From: Candidatus Woesearchaeota archaeon | GTDB lineage: Archaea > Nanobdellota > Nanobdellia > Pacearchaeales > GW2011-AR1 | DNA: 64,000 nucleotides | Reading direction: 5' to 3' | NCBI GenBank assembly: GCA_964384965.1 | Contig: CAYLLR010000001.1 | Span: forward strand, 2,568-66,567 | Shown: positions 21,692 to 31,029 of the stretch, in pieces | Layout of the letters: every line of letters begins with the position of its first letter | How positions within the stretch are numbered: the first letter of the stretch is position 1 | The notes under the pieces: generated by a model | Seen by the model: only the letters and a program-made list of their open reading frames with translations | Databases searched by the model: none | What the model was told of the DNA's origin: nothing | Translations under genes and position numbers: made by a program

Positions 21692-21982
21692 TTAATTTAC
21701 CATCCTATTTTTTTCCATGGCGTTTTCCAAGGAATACCAAAAATTAAATATAACTTCTTCTGCAACCTCTATTTTTCCTCTTAAATATAATTTTTCTGCT
21801 GCTTTTACCAAGATGCTTTCTTTTGGAATATTTAATATTTTCAGTTTAGCACAATAAAAATGATAATTGGAATCTGAAAATAGAATCATCTCTTTTTTTG
21901 ATTCAAAATCATAATTAATTATCTGTTGGGATATTGCATTGCTATAATTTAATAAAAAGGAGATATCTTTTTCATAAACCAT
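21692..21982 (-). CDS. Hypothetical protein.
   Basis: ORF only. Confidence 0.3.
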   Translation of the reverse strand: MVYEKDISFLLNYSNAISQQIINYDFESKKEMILFSDSNYHFYCAKLKILNIPKESILVKAAEKLYLRGKIEVAEEVIFNFWYSLENAMEKNRMVN

Positions 21983-22077
21983 TCTTTTTTAAGTTGTTTT
22001 GTATATTTATAATGTTTTATTTTGGGTTATAATCCCAATCACGCAAAAGCTTTTTAAACCAATTTTTACTCTAAATT

Positions 22078-22683
22078 TTGATTAAGATGTTTTATTTAAC
22101 GGAAGTTGAGGATTATGTAAGGGTTGACCCTAAACTATTTGGTTTACCTACTTCGGAATCTGTTAGACAGCAGTTAGATGAAACTTATGAGGGTTATTAT
22201 CAGAAAGAGCTTGGAAAAGTTGTTTCTGTTGTCGAAGTTTTAAATGTCGGAAAGGGAGTCATAATTCCCGGTGACGGGGCTGCTTATTACAAATGCACTT
22301 TCAAGTTGTTAGTTTGGAAGCCGGAACTTCAGGAGTTTGTTTATGGGCAAGTTTCAGAAATTACCAATTTTGGTGCTTTTATTGATATGGGGGTTATGAG
22401 GGGAATGATTCATATTAGTCAAACAATGGATGATTACGTTAGTTTTAGTGATGCAGGTTCTTTATCTGGAAAATCAAGTGGAAGGGTTTTGAAAGAGAAT
22501 GATTTGTGTATTGCAAGAATTGTTGCAATAAGTCATAAAGGAGATGATCCCAAAATTGGTTTGACGATGAGACAACCCGGTCTCGGAAAGTTGGAGTGGA
22601 TAAAAGAGGATAAAGCAAAAAAAGAAGCTGAAGTTAAAAAATTAGCGAAAAAAGAAGAGTCAAAAAAGAAGGTAAAAAAATAA
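22078..22683 (+). CDS. rpoE: DNA-directed RNA polymerase subunit E' (Rpo7) with S1 domain.
   Basis: MFYLTEVEDYVRVDPKLFG N-terminus, S1-like OB fold, lysine-rich tail. Confidence 0.85.
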   Translation: MIKMFYLTEVEDYVRVDPKLFGLPTSESVRQQLDETYEGYYQKELGKVVSVVEVLNVGKGVIIPGDGAAYYKCTFKLLVWKPELQEFVYGQVSEITNFGAFIDMGVMRGMIHISQTMDDYVSFSDAGSLSGKSSGRVLKENDLCIARIVAISHKGDDPKIGLTMRQPGLGKLEWIKEDKAKKEAEVKKLAKKEESKKKVKK

Positions 22684-22878
22684 ATGGTTAAAACGAAAGA
22701 TAAGGCGTGTAAAGTGTGTAAAGTTATTTATGAGGGAGATAGGTGCCCTAAATGCGAATCTAAGGAGTTCACAGATTCTTATAAAGGAAAAATTTATATT
22801 TTAGATTGTGAAAAATCAGAAATTGCAAAAAAAATAAACTTAAATTCTAATGGCAAGTTTGCTATAAAAACGAGGTAA
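22684..22878 (+). CDS. spt4: Transcription elongation factor Spt4 / RNAP subunit E''.
   Basis: CKVCKVIYEGDRCPKC zinc ribbon, 64 aa, directly follows rpoE. Confidence 0.7.
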   Translation: MVKTKDKACKVCKVIYEGDRCPKCESKEFTDSYKGKIYILDCEKSEIAKKINLNSNGKFAIKTR

Positions 22879-22879
22879 A

Positions 22880-23344
22880 ATGAGGATAAAAATAATTGAA
22901 GAAAAGAAAAATCCCCTTTTTTCTAGAAGAGAGATTCATTTAGAAATTGAATCTGTTGCTGTTCCGAGTCATGAGGAAGTTAAAAATCTTGTTTCAGAAA
23001 AATTTTCCTCTGACCCTAAACTAATAAGGACAAAATTAATAAAAGGGAGATTTGGAATAAATATCTTTGATGTTTTTGTAGATATTTATGATTCTAATGA
23101 AGAGTTTGATAGGGTGGTTAAAAAGACTAAACAGGAATTGGACAAAGAAAAAAGGAGAATTGAGGAGGAATCCAAGGGGGAATCGGAGGCTAAAGATACA
23201 AAAGAAGTTAGTACCGAAGGAGCGGTTAAAGATGAAATAAAAGAAGAGGTTGTTAAAGATGAAATAAAAGAGGAAGAAGGAGTTAAAGAAGTTGAATCCG
23301 TTGATGAGAAAAAAATTAAAGATAATGAAGGGGATAAAAAATAA
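22880..23344 (+). CDS. rps24e: Ribosomal protein S24e with acidic C-terminal extension.
   Basis: [24 protein letters not shown]. Confidence 0.8.
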   Translation: MRIKIIEEKKNPLFSRREIHLEIESVAVPSHEEVKNLVSEKFSSDPKLIRTKLIKGRFGINIFDVFVDIYDSNEEFDRVVKKTKQELDKEKRRIEEESKGESEAKDTKEVSTEGAVKDEIKEEVVKDEIKEEEGVKEVESVDEKKIKDNEGDKK

Positions 23345-23556
23345 TGGGAAAGAAAAAAATAGTCAAAAAAGGAAAAAAACCTCATAAGAATAAACCTACC
23401 GGAAAAAAGTATTCGAAATATAAAATTGAAGGAGACAAAATTACAAGAGAAAGATTTTGTCCAAGGTGTGGTCCGGGAGTATTTTTAATGAAAGCTAAGG
23501 ATAGAGTTTATTGTGGAAAGTGTCATTATGCGGAATTTGAGAATCACAAGGAATAA
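23344..23556 (+). CDS. rps27ae: Ribosomal protein S27ae.
   Basis: [24 protein letters not shown] zinc ribbon. Confidence 0.8.
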   Translation: MGKKKIVKKGKKPHKNKPTGKKYSKYKIEGDKITRERFCPRCGPGVFLMKAKDRVYCGKCHYAEFENHKE

Positions 23557-23841
23557 TCAGATAATTAAAATTTCTGATTTATTTAGATTTGTTATAAGGT
23601 TTTGATACATTTGATTTGTGTCTATTGTAGGGCTGCATTTATAATATTTTTCTGCAAAATAATCTTTTATTCTTCGTAACGCATCTTCTCGCAAACATTT
23701 TGAAGGGTTTTTTGTTAAATAGGTCACACAGGGGTTTTTCAATTTCTCGAAGAAAAAATAGTGGGGTGAAAGGGCCGGTTTCTCCGGCAAGTCATTAAAT
23801 ATAAAAGTTTCGTCATCAATAAAATCTTTGAGTCTTTTCAT
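23557..23841 (-). CDS. Hypothetical protein.
   Basis: ORF only. Confidence 0.3.
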   Translation of the reverse strand: MKRLKDFIDDETFIFNDLPEKPALSPHYFFFEKLKNPCVTYLTKNPSKCLREDALRRIKDYFAEKYYKCSPTIDTNQMYQNLITNLNKSEILII

Positions 23842-24094
23842 AAAAATTAAAATTTTTAGAAATATTTAATCTTTTCTATTTTATCAATGATAAAATTCAA
23901 TCATAAAAAACCTAGGAGATTCTTCAAGCCGATAAAAAATAGTATGGCTTGCGTCCTCTCCTGGGTAAAAGAGGTGATGTTCTTTAATAGGGCTTTTAGT
24001 ATATAAATCTTTCTATAGTGTTACTCTTATAAAATGACAAGCATATTTTAGCATTTTCTAATAAATTTATAAATCTTGTTTATTATTTTGATTT

Positions 24095-24985
24095 ATGGAA
24101 GAGGTGAAAGAATTGGGAGTTAGTCAGGAACAGGTCCACGATATGCTTTTTAATCGAAAGATTGGATGGAAAGATCTTATTTATGACCTTATTAATACCG
24201 AACAGTTAGATCCGTGGAATATTGATATCGAACTGTTATCTGAGGGGTTTCTTGATAGGGTTAAGAAATATGAAGAGATGGATTTTTTTGTTTCGAGTAA
24301 AGTCCTTTTAGCTGCTGCTTTGCTTTTGAGGATTAAGTCGGAATTAATTTTAAGTAAATATATGAAAGGGGTTGATGAAATTCTTTTTGGAAGAAAAGAA
24401 GAAAAGAAAAACATTTTTGAGAGAATGGAACTCGACGAAGATGTTCCAAATCTTGTGTTGCGAAGTCCCATTCCAAGGTTTAGGAAGGTTACTTTGAACG
24501 AACTTGTGGAATCGTTGAATAAGGCAATTACGACGGAAAATCGTCGAATAAAAAAAGTGATTATTAATAGAAATGCTTTGCGCGAATCGGGAATTAGTTT
24601 ACCAAAAAAAAAGTATAATTTAAAAAATAAATTGGAGGAAATACATTCAAAAGTCATTTCACATTTTCAGGAAAATAAAAATGATTTAAAAGTTTCTTAT
24701 ACAAAGATTGTTGGAAAAAATAAAGAAGAAAGGGCTCTGTCTTTTTTTCCGATTTTACAGCTTGAAACTAATGGGAAGTTTTGGCTTGAGCAGGAAGGTC
24801 ATTTTGAGGAAATCCATATTTGGCTGAAGCATATTTTTCTTAAAAAAAATCCAAACCCATACGAAGACTTGAAGAATGGGGATTGGAGTGAAGAAACTCT
24901 TGAGGAAGGCGAGATAGTTACCGATGAGTTAGGGAGTCAGGATAAAGATTCTAAAAGAATTCTAATTCGAAAAAGATTTTTTTGA
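24095..24985 (+). CDS. scpA: Segregation and condensation protein A (kleisin ScpA).
   Basis: DLIYDLINTEQLDPWNIDIELLSEGFLD...VLLAAALLLRIKSE. Confidence 0.75.
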   Translation: MEEVKELGVSQEQVHDMLFNRKIGWKDLIYDLINTEQLDPWNIDIELLSEGFLDRVKKYEEMDFFVSSKVLLAAALLLRIKSELILSKYMKGVDEILFGRKEEKKNIFERMELDEDVPNLVLRSPIPRFRKVTLNELVESLNKAITTENRRIKKVIINRNALRESGISLPKKKYNLKNKLEEIHSKVISHFQENKNDLKVSYTKIVGKNKEERALSFFPILQLETNGKFWLEQEGHFEEIHIWLKHIFLKKNPNPYEDLKNGDWSEETLEEGEIVTDELGSQDKDSKRILIRKRFF

Positions 24986-25019
24986 GAAACTTTAAATAAG
25001 GAGGTGAATAGAAATTTTT

Positions 25020-25697
25020 ATGGAGAAGAAAATGGTTTCATTATTTTCTGGGGGAAAGGACTCGGTTTATTCAGTTTATTTAGCTAAAAAACGAGGGTAT
25101 AAAATTAGTTGTTTGATTACATTAATTTCTGAGAATAAAGGAAGTTATATGTTTCACACGCCTTCTATTGACAAAACAAAGAAACAAGCAGAGGTGATGG
25201 GCATTCCTTTAATTGTGGAAAAAACGAAAGGTGAAAAAGAAAAGGAATTGGAAGATTTAGAAAGGGCGATTGGAATTGCTCAAAAAGATTATGGTGTTGA
25301 AGGAGTCGTTACCGGGGCCATTCGTTCGGTTTATCAAGCGTCCAGAATTCAAAAAATCTGTGATAAATTGGGATTGGAGTGTTTTAATCCTCTTTGGCAA
25401 AAGGATGAGTTTGAATATTTAAATGAGTTGATTAAAGAAAATTTTAAAATAATTCTTGTGGGGGTTTTCGCATATCCCCTTGATGAATCTTGGTTGTTGA
25501 GGGAGATTGATTCCGAATTTATTAAAGATATTTTTGAGTTGAATAGAAAATATAAAATTCATGTTGCAGGAGAAGGAGGGGAATTTGAAAGTTTTGTTTT
25601 GGATTGTCCCTTATTTAGTCGGGGATTAAAGGTTGTGGGGAGTGAGATAAAAAAAGAAGGGGAGAATTCTCTAAGAATGGAAATAAATGTCCAATGA
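25020..25697 (+). CDS. PP-loop ATP pyrophosphatase of the MJ0570/Dph6 (diphthine-ammonia ligase) family.
   Basis: SGGKDS PP-loop at the N-terminus, EGVVTGAI block. Confidence 0.7.
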   Translation: MEKKMVSLFSGGKDSVYSVYLAKKRGYKISCLITLISENKGSYMFHTPSIDKTKKQAEVMGIPLIVEKTKGEKEKELEDLERAIGIAQKDYGVEGVVTGAIRSVYQASRIQKICDKLGLECFNPLWQKDEFEYLNELIKENFKIILVGVFAYPLDESWLLREIDSEFIKDIFELNRKYKIHVAGEGGEFESFVLDCPLFSRGLKVVGSEIKKEGENSLRMEINVQ

Positions 25698-25755
25698 ACA
25701 AATAGTCTCTAAACAAGAATAATTTTTATAAATGATTTTCTCTTAATTATTACTT

Positions 25756-26577
25756 ATGGATGAAGATATATGGGCAGAGTTTGGGAAAAATTTAGTAGAG
25801 GTTAAAAATTTTGATTATTTTCCCTCGGAATGGACTGGGGGAGATTTTTGTGAATATTTTATTGATTATGCTAAAGAACATAAAAAAGATTTTTGTGAGG
25901 AAAAAGATTTTCCAGTTTTTGAATCGTTATCAAATTTAGAAAAAAAATTTGTTGGTTTCTTAAAAGTACCCTATAAAAAAATTATTTTAAATGGAGATCT
26001 TAGTGAAGCGGATTTTATTTTTGTTAAGTCGGGGAAGATAAGGTATCTTCAAAAAGATTTTGGAGAGCAGGATGCATTAATACAAAAAGTTCAAGTGTTT
26101 TTTGATAAAAATTTTTACCTTGAAAAAAAATATTATTTTGATTTAGGGGAATTTTATAATTCTCAAGAAAGTTTTAATCATTATAATTGGAGAGTTCTTT
26201 TAAATAATTTGGGAAAACCGGATGAAAAATTAATACCCGAAGATTTGGATATTCCCCTTGTATATATTTCCAGAGGCGTTAAGTTTAGTTTGGGAAATGG
26301 TTTTTTTTCAAGATATGTTCAATGGAGCAAACATAATTTTTCCCTATTTTTTTATAAGCAACCCAAAGAAAGAGAAGTGGGATATTTTGTGTTCAATTCT
26401 AAAAAGAATCTCTCCCACATCAAATATATTGATGAAATAAATAAAAATCCTTTTATTTTGAAAGATATTAGTAAAATGCAATCTCTCTTTAAAAATTTGA
26501 AGATTTTTCCAAATAATTTATCTTTTAAACTGCTTAGTGAAATTAAACCGGATAAATTTAAAAAATTATTTTTATAA
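25756..26577 (+). CDS. Uncharacterised protein, paralog 1 of a tandem three-member family.
   Basis: Shares DYFPSEW...EYFIDYA and a central block with the next two ORFs. Confidence 0.45.
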   Translation: MDEDIWAEFGKNLVEVKNFDYFPSEWTGGDFCEYFIDYAKEHKKDFCEEKDFPVFESLSNLEKKFVGFLKVPYKKIILNGDLSEADFIFVKSGKIRYLQKDFGEQDALIQKVQVFFDKNFYLEKKYYFDLGEFYNSQESFNHYNWRVLLNNLGKPDEKLIPEDLDIPLVYISRGVKFSLGNGFFSRYVQWSKHNFSLFFYKQPKEREVGYFVFNSKKNLSHIKYIDEINKNPFILKDISKMQSLFKNLKIFPNNLSFKLLSEIKPDKFKKLFL

Positions 26578-26578
26578 A

Positions 26579-27277
26579 ATGGAATTTGATTTAATGTGTG
26601 AATTTAACAGAAAAATGGAAGAGTCAAGGAAAGGATTTGGATATTTTCCAAAGGAATGGAAATCTCCTTTTTATGTCAAGGAAGAATTTATTGATTTTGC
26701 AAGACATTCTTTAGACGGGGTAGGTCTTGAAAAAATTAATTCTGAATATGGCATAGACAAAGATTCTTATACTGGTTTTATTAGAAATTATTCTAAAATA
26801 GACAATAATTTTGATAAGTTTTATAGTTATTTTAAAGAGGGGGTTTTACGTTATTCTCAGTCTGAATTGAACTCTGGAAAGATAAAAGTAATAAAAACTT
26901 CTTTTTTAAGTGAACCTTTTGAAATTATGAGAACTTATTTTGGTTCTCCTGGTTTAGGAAATCTTTCAAAACCTGTTTTGGGTGTTGTCAAGAGGATTGG
27001 AACATTTAATTTAAGTGAAGATTTTTCTATTAAAATTTTTCAACATGGGTTAGATTCTTTTGATATTTATTTTTTGAAAGTTGGTTCATTTAAACTCGGT
27101 TTTTCTATAAATGAAGGGGATATAAGAGATAGAAAATATCTTTCTTTAATAAAAAATTTCCCACTAATTTTTTATGACAGCGAAGGAATTAAAGAATATT
27201 TTGGGGATATTCTCATTAAGGAAAGAGGAGGGAAAAAAATTAAAATTGAAGATTTTTTAATTGAAAATGGAATTTGA
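26579..27277 (+). CDS. Uncharacterised protein, paralog 2. The ORF track starts at 26537; MEFDLMCEF at 26579 is preferred.
   Basis: MEFDLMCEFNRKMEESRKGFGYFPKEW..EFIDFA. Confidence 0.45.
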   Translation: MEFDLMCEFNRKMEESRKGFGYFPKEWKSPFYVKEEFIDFARHSLDGVGLEKINSEYGIDKDSYTGFIRNYSKIDNNFDKFYSYFKEGVLRYSQSELNSGKIKVIKTSFLSEPFEIMRTYFGSPGLGNLSKPVLGVVKRIGTFNLSEDFSIKIFQHGLDSFDIYFLKVGSFKLGFSINEGDIRDRKYLSLIKNFPLIFYDSEGIKEYFGDILIKERGGKKIKIEDFLIENGI

Positions 27278-27974
27278 TTTAATGTGCTTGTTTTATGACC
27301 GGTTGGAAGAGTCAAAAAAGGGGTTTGATTATTTTCCTAAGGAATGGGAAGAGTTAGCGAATGGGTCTGAATATTTTATCGATTTTGCAATGAATTATTC
27401 AAAGGGGGGAAATAGAAAAATAATTTCAATTAAAAGATATTTAGTTCCAGATTCTTTTAGTGGATTTGTTAAAATCGGAGAAGAAGAATGCGAGAAAGCA
27501 AAGATTAAGAAAGGATTTTATCATATTAAGGAAGGGAAAATAGATTATTTACAACAAGAATTTTTTTTGAAAAATTGTCTTATTAAACAGACCTCCTTTA
27601 TTACAGAACCCTTCTTAATCCGGAGGGTATATATGGGTTTTGAAGGAAATTTTGGAGGGAAAAATTTTCCACTGGTTAGTGTCACAAGGGTGGGTTCTTT
27701 TCCCAAAGAAAAAGAATTATCTATAAGAGTTTTTCAAAATTCAAAAAATCGTTTTAATATTTCTTTTCTCAAGGAATACAAAGAACTTTTCAATTTTAAT
27801 ATTGATTCCAAAAAATATCCTTTTCACAAAGATTTGGTTTCCATAATTCATTCCTCTCCCTTGGTTTTTTCTGATTTTGAAATTCTAAAAACATATTTTA
27901 AAGGAAAAAAATTTGAAATAAAGGAAGGAAAGAAAAGTTTTCTGACCGAATTTGATAAATTTATTCATAAATGA
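27267..27974 (+). CDS. Uncharacterised protein, paralog 3 (alternative start 27261).
   Basis: MEFDLMCLFYDRLEESKKGFDYFPKEW..EYFIDFA. The gene-junction DNA is conserved with the 26579 junction. Confidence 0.45.
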   Translation: MEFDLMCLFYDRLEESKKGFDYFPKEWEELANGSEYFIDFAMNYSKGGNRKIISIKRYLVPDSFSGFVKIGEEECEKAKIKKGFYHIKEGKIDYLQQEFFLKNCLIKQTSFITEPFLIRRVYMGFEGNFGGKNFPLVSVTRVGSFPKEKELSIRVFQNSKNRFNISFLKEYKELFNFNIDSKKYPFHKDLVSIIHSSPLVFSDFEILKTYFKGKKFEIKEGKKSFLTEFDKFIHK

Positions 27975-28003
27975 GAAAATTAATAAAAGAATAATTTCTA
28001 AAA

Positions 28004-29140
28004 TTATTTTTTAAAAATAGTAATTATTCTTTCTTTTCCCGTTTGTAAATCTTTTATTAAAAATTTCTTTTTTTCTATTTCTTTTTTCCCAACGAAAATC
28101 ACTTTTTTTATTCCATAACTATTTGCATATTCTAAGGCCTTCGACGGTTTTCCAAAAAAAAGACTTACATTGTTCCCACATTTTCTTAATTGTTTTGAAA
28201 TTTCAATTGCTTTTTTATCCTGGTCTAAAGAGACAATTAATGTTTTGTCAATATCAATCAAAATTTTTGAAGCAACCATCAATCTTTCAATACTAAAAGA
28301 TATTCCGGAAGATTCCACCCCTTCAACAAGGTAAGTTCCTCCTCCGCAAATGGTCTCTTTTATTCCTGATTTTACTTCAAAAACATTTCCAGTGTAATAA
28401 GATAGTCCTCTCGCAAGAGCGGGGGAGAATTTTAGTTCGACGCCATAGAATTTTGAGTATTTTTTTAATTCTTCAATTTCAGAGTATGCTTTATATTTTT
28501 TAAAAAATTCTTCTGGCTTTTTTACAATTTCTAAAAGTTTTTCAGCTCCAATTTTTTTTAAATTTTTTTTGACCTCTTTTTCAGGAAGTTTATCAAGTTT
28601 GTCTAATTCTCGTATTGCCTCTTCCTTGTTTTTTATGTTTTGTCCGTCGAGAATTTCATTTAAAAGTTTTCTATTATTTATATAAATAGTGAAATTTATT
28701 TTTAGTGCGTCTAAAATTTCTTTAACAACCGAAAGAATTTCTGCTTGATCTTTTATAGAAGCTCCTACGGTGTCAATATCGCATTGACTAAATTGTCTTA
28801 ACCTGTTTCCGGTAATTGGCTCATCTCGAAATACCGGACCGATTTGAAATCTTTTAAAAGGAAGTTTTTTATTTTTTGCTATTCTTTTCAGTTGAAATGT
28901 AAATTCGTATCTTAAAGCCAATCTTCTTTTTCCCTTATCTCTAAGTTTAAAGATATCTGAAACAGCTTCATCTTCTGAATTTTCGCCTTTAACAAATTCT
29001 TCATATTCAATAATTGGCGTCTCAATTTCTTGAAAATTATATTTTTCAAATGTTTGCTCCGCTATTTTTCGGATGAACGCGAATTTTTCGCCTTCTTTAC
29101 CTATTTTGTCCTTAAAACCCTTTACTGTTTCTGTTTTCAT
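28004..29140 (-). CDS. hisS: Histidyl-tRNA synthetase, class IIa (short form).
   Basis: N-terminal VKGFKD, class II motifs, GGGTY near the C-terminal anticodon-binding domain. tRNA-His lies immediately upstream. Confidence 0.65.
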   Translation of the reverse strand: MKTETVKGFKDKIGKEGEKFAFIRKIAEQTFEKYNFQEIETPIIEYEEFVKGENSEDEAVSDIFKLRDKGKRRLALRYEFTFQLKRIAKNKKLPFKRFQIGPVFRDEPITGNRLRQFSQCDIDTVGASIKDQAEILSVVKEILDALKINFTIYINNRKLLNEILDGQNIKNKEEAIRELDKLDKLPEKEVKKNLKKIGAEKLLEIVKKPEEFFKKYKAYSEIEELKKYSKFYGVELKFSPALARGLSYYTGNVFEVKSGIKETICGGGTYLVEGVESSGISFSIERLMVASKILIDIDKTLIVSLDQDKKAIEISKQLRKCGNNVSLFFGKPSKALEYANSYGIKKVIFVGKKEIEKKKFLIKDLQTGKERIITIFKK

Positions 29141-29151
29141 TTTTTAATATA

Positions 29152-29224
29152 AGCGGAAGGGGGGAGTCGAACCCCCGTTACACGGACCACAACCATGCGT
29201 CATAACCGTTAGACCACAACCGCC
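29152..29224 (-). tRNA. tRNA-His (anticodon GUG) with encoded G-1 and no encoded CCA.
   Basis: On the minus strand: T-arm GGGGG-TTCGACT-CCCCC; anticodon arm CATGG-TTGTGGT-CCGTG (U33, GUG, G37); U8, A14, G18 present. The acceptor stem contains two adjacent U-U mismatches (5-68, 6-67). Confidence 0.6.
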
Positions 29225-29583
29225 ATAATTACATTTAATTCAGAGAAATTTGGTTTATAATCTTTTTTGAAGAAAGAGCTAATGCTAACTGAATCCTTTC
29301 TAATGATGGGGACAATTACCATTATTTATCATTCTTTTTTAATGTTTGAAGAGTATTTAAAATTTTGGATTTTGTTTTTTGTATTTTATCTGAAAATTAA
29401 TTTTCAAGACCCGCATAAATTAGTGCATGAATTTTAAAATTTAATTGAATTAATTAAAATGGGTGTGGGAATAGGTCCCAAAAAAGGGGAAGATACACTA
29501 AGGGGTGGCAAAATAAAATTCAAAGGTATTGAGAGAATATTCGTCGGATAAATGAGATTTTGTTTTGAAAAAAGTAATTAGCG

Positions 29584-29988
29584 TTAACATTTTGCCTTTT
29601 TTATTTTTTGTTTTAATTTTGTTGCAGAATAATTGTGGTCCCTCTTATGCCAATAAATTTTAATAGCTAATTCTTTTCCGGTAAAAGGTTTGTTTTTGTA
29701 ATCTGTTCCTAAAATTCTTATATCTGGATTCAATTTTTTTAATAACTTTAGAAGGTCTTTTTCCGTTGCATATTTTATTATTTTATCCACATATCTGATT
29801 GATTCTAAGATTAATTTTCTTTCTTTGTATGTTTGAATAGGTTTGCATTTTTCTTTCCTATCTATCGTAGGGTCTGTTTGTAGTCCAACCACCAGCTCAT
29901 CACAATGGTTTTTTGCATCTTTGAACATTTTGATATACCCCGGGTGAATTATATCAAAACTTCCACAAACAAATCCTATCTTTTTCAT
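29584..29988 (-). CDS. Cytidylyltransferase-like nucleotidyltransferase (TagD / RibL-like).
   Basis: CGSFDIIHPGY (HxGH motif) and ERKLILESIRYVDKII (TagD-like block). Confidence 0.75.
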   Translation of the reverse strand: MKKIGFVCGSFDIIHPGYIKMFKDAKNHCDELVVGLQTDPTIDRKEKCKPIQTYKERKLILESIRYVDKIIKYATEKDLLKLLKKLNPDIRILGTDYKNKPFTGKELAIKIYWHKRDHNYSATKLKQKIKKAKC

Positions 29989-30092
29989 TTTTTATTTGTT
30001 TTCTCCAATTATAAAGAAATAAAACTTTTTAATGGTTTCTCCATTTTGATAAAATTAAAATCCATAATCTTTATAAGTGAAATTTTTTTCAT

Positions 30093-30497
30093 ATGATTAT
30101 GGATAAAAACTATAGGTTTTTTTTGATTTTGTTTATTGCAATCTTCTTAGTCGTTGGTTTGTTTTTTGTTTTTAATTCAAATTCCCCGAACGATAAAAAA
30201 GGTAAAATTTCGAAAGGTCTAAACGTGAAAGAATTTAATTTAATTGCTAAGCAATTTGAATTCGTTCCGGGGGTTATTAAAGTTAATGAAGGAGATAAGG
30301 TTATTCTTCATATCGAAAGTATCGATGTTGAACACGGGATTGGAATTTTTCAATTTGGGGTGAATAAGATTCTCCCCGTCGGACAAAACGTAACGGTCGA
30401 ATTTGTTGCTAATAAAAAAGGGACTTATTATTTCTTCTGCACCGTTTATTGTGGGGTTGGTCATGGTAATATGAGGGGAAAATTAATTGTAAATTAA
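30093..30497 (+). CDS. Membrane-anchored cupredoxin with a CuA-type (COX2-like) metal-site motif.
   Basis: N-terminal TM. HGIGI... then FFCTVYCGVGHGNM, i.e. C-x3-C-G-x2-H-x2-M spacing. Confidence 0.55.
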   Translation: MIMDKNYRFFLILFIAIFLVVGLFFVFNSNSPNDKKGKISKGLNVKEFNLIAKQFEFVPGVIKVNEGDKVILHIESIDVEHGIGIFQFGVNKILPVGQNVTVEFVANKKGTYYFFCTVYCGVGHGNMRGKLIVN

Positions 30498-30498
30498 A

Positions 30499-30870
30499 AT
30501 GGATTATAAAAAATTATCCCCTCCAATTTTGAGGTACGGAATTGGACTTGTTTTTTTAGTATTCGGAATTTGGCAAATAATCTCTCCGAACTATTGGGCA
30601 GGTTATCTTCCGTCTTACACTTTAAGTTTTGGAGTTTCCGCCAATTTAATGATTTTCTTAAATGGGGTTCTTGATTTATTCATTGGTGGAGGGTTGGTTT
30701 TGGGAATTTATTTGAGGTTTTTTTCAGCTTTGGGAATCTTGAGGATTTTGGTGATTATTTTTTCTTTAGGATGGAACGATGTGACCATTAGAGATATTGG
30801 AATCCTTTTTGCTTTAATTTCAATTTTTTTAAATGGAAAGGATGATTTTTGTTTGAGAGATTTTTTATAG
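30499..30870 (+). CDS. DoxX-family membrane protein.
   Basis: ILRYGIGLVFLVFGIWQI... with four TM segments. Start is 2 nt after the cupredoxin stop. Confidence 0.5.
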   Translation: MDYKKLSPPILRYGIGLVFLVFGIWQIISPNYWAGYLPSYTLSFGVSANLMIFLNGVLDLFIGGGLVLGIYLRFFSALGILRILVIIFSLGWNDVTIRDIGILFALISIFLNGKDDFCLRDFL

Positions 30871-31029
30871 TTTTTGTATAAGGAACAAGTAAGGGTAACC
30901 AGATTATTCATTTGAAGCCATTTTTTATCTTTTGAAAACTTCAGGATGAAATTCCCAAAATTTTTTAATTTTTAGGATAAATTTTATAATAGTAACATTT
31001 AGATAAGTTTATAAATAAGATATTATACT

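Noticed and set aside
29250-29345. Possible C/D-box sRNA (aatgatgg and ctga elements) in the 358-bp spacer downstream of tRNA-His.
   Set aside because: The elements are in D'-then-C' order with no upstream C box or terminal D box, and there is no guide-like complementarity I could verify.
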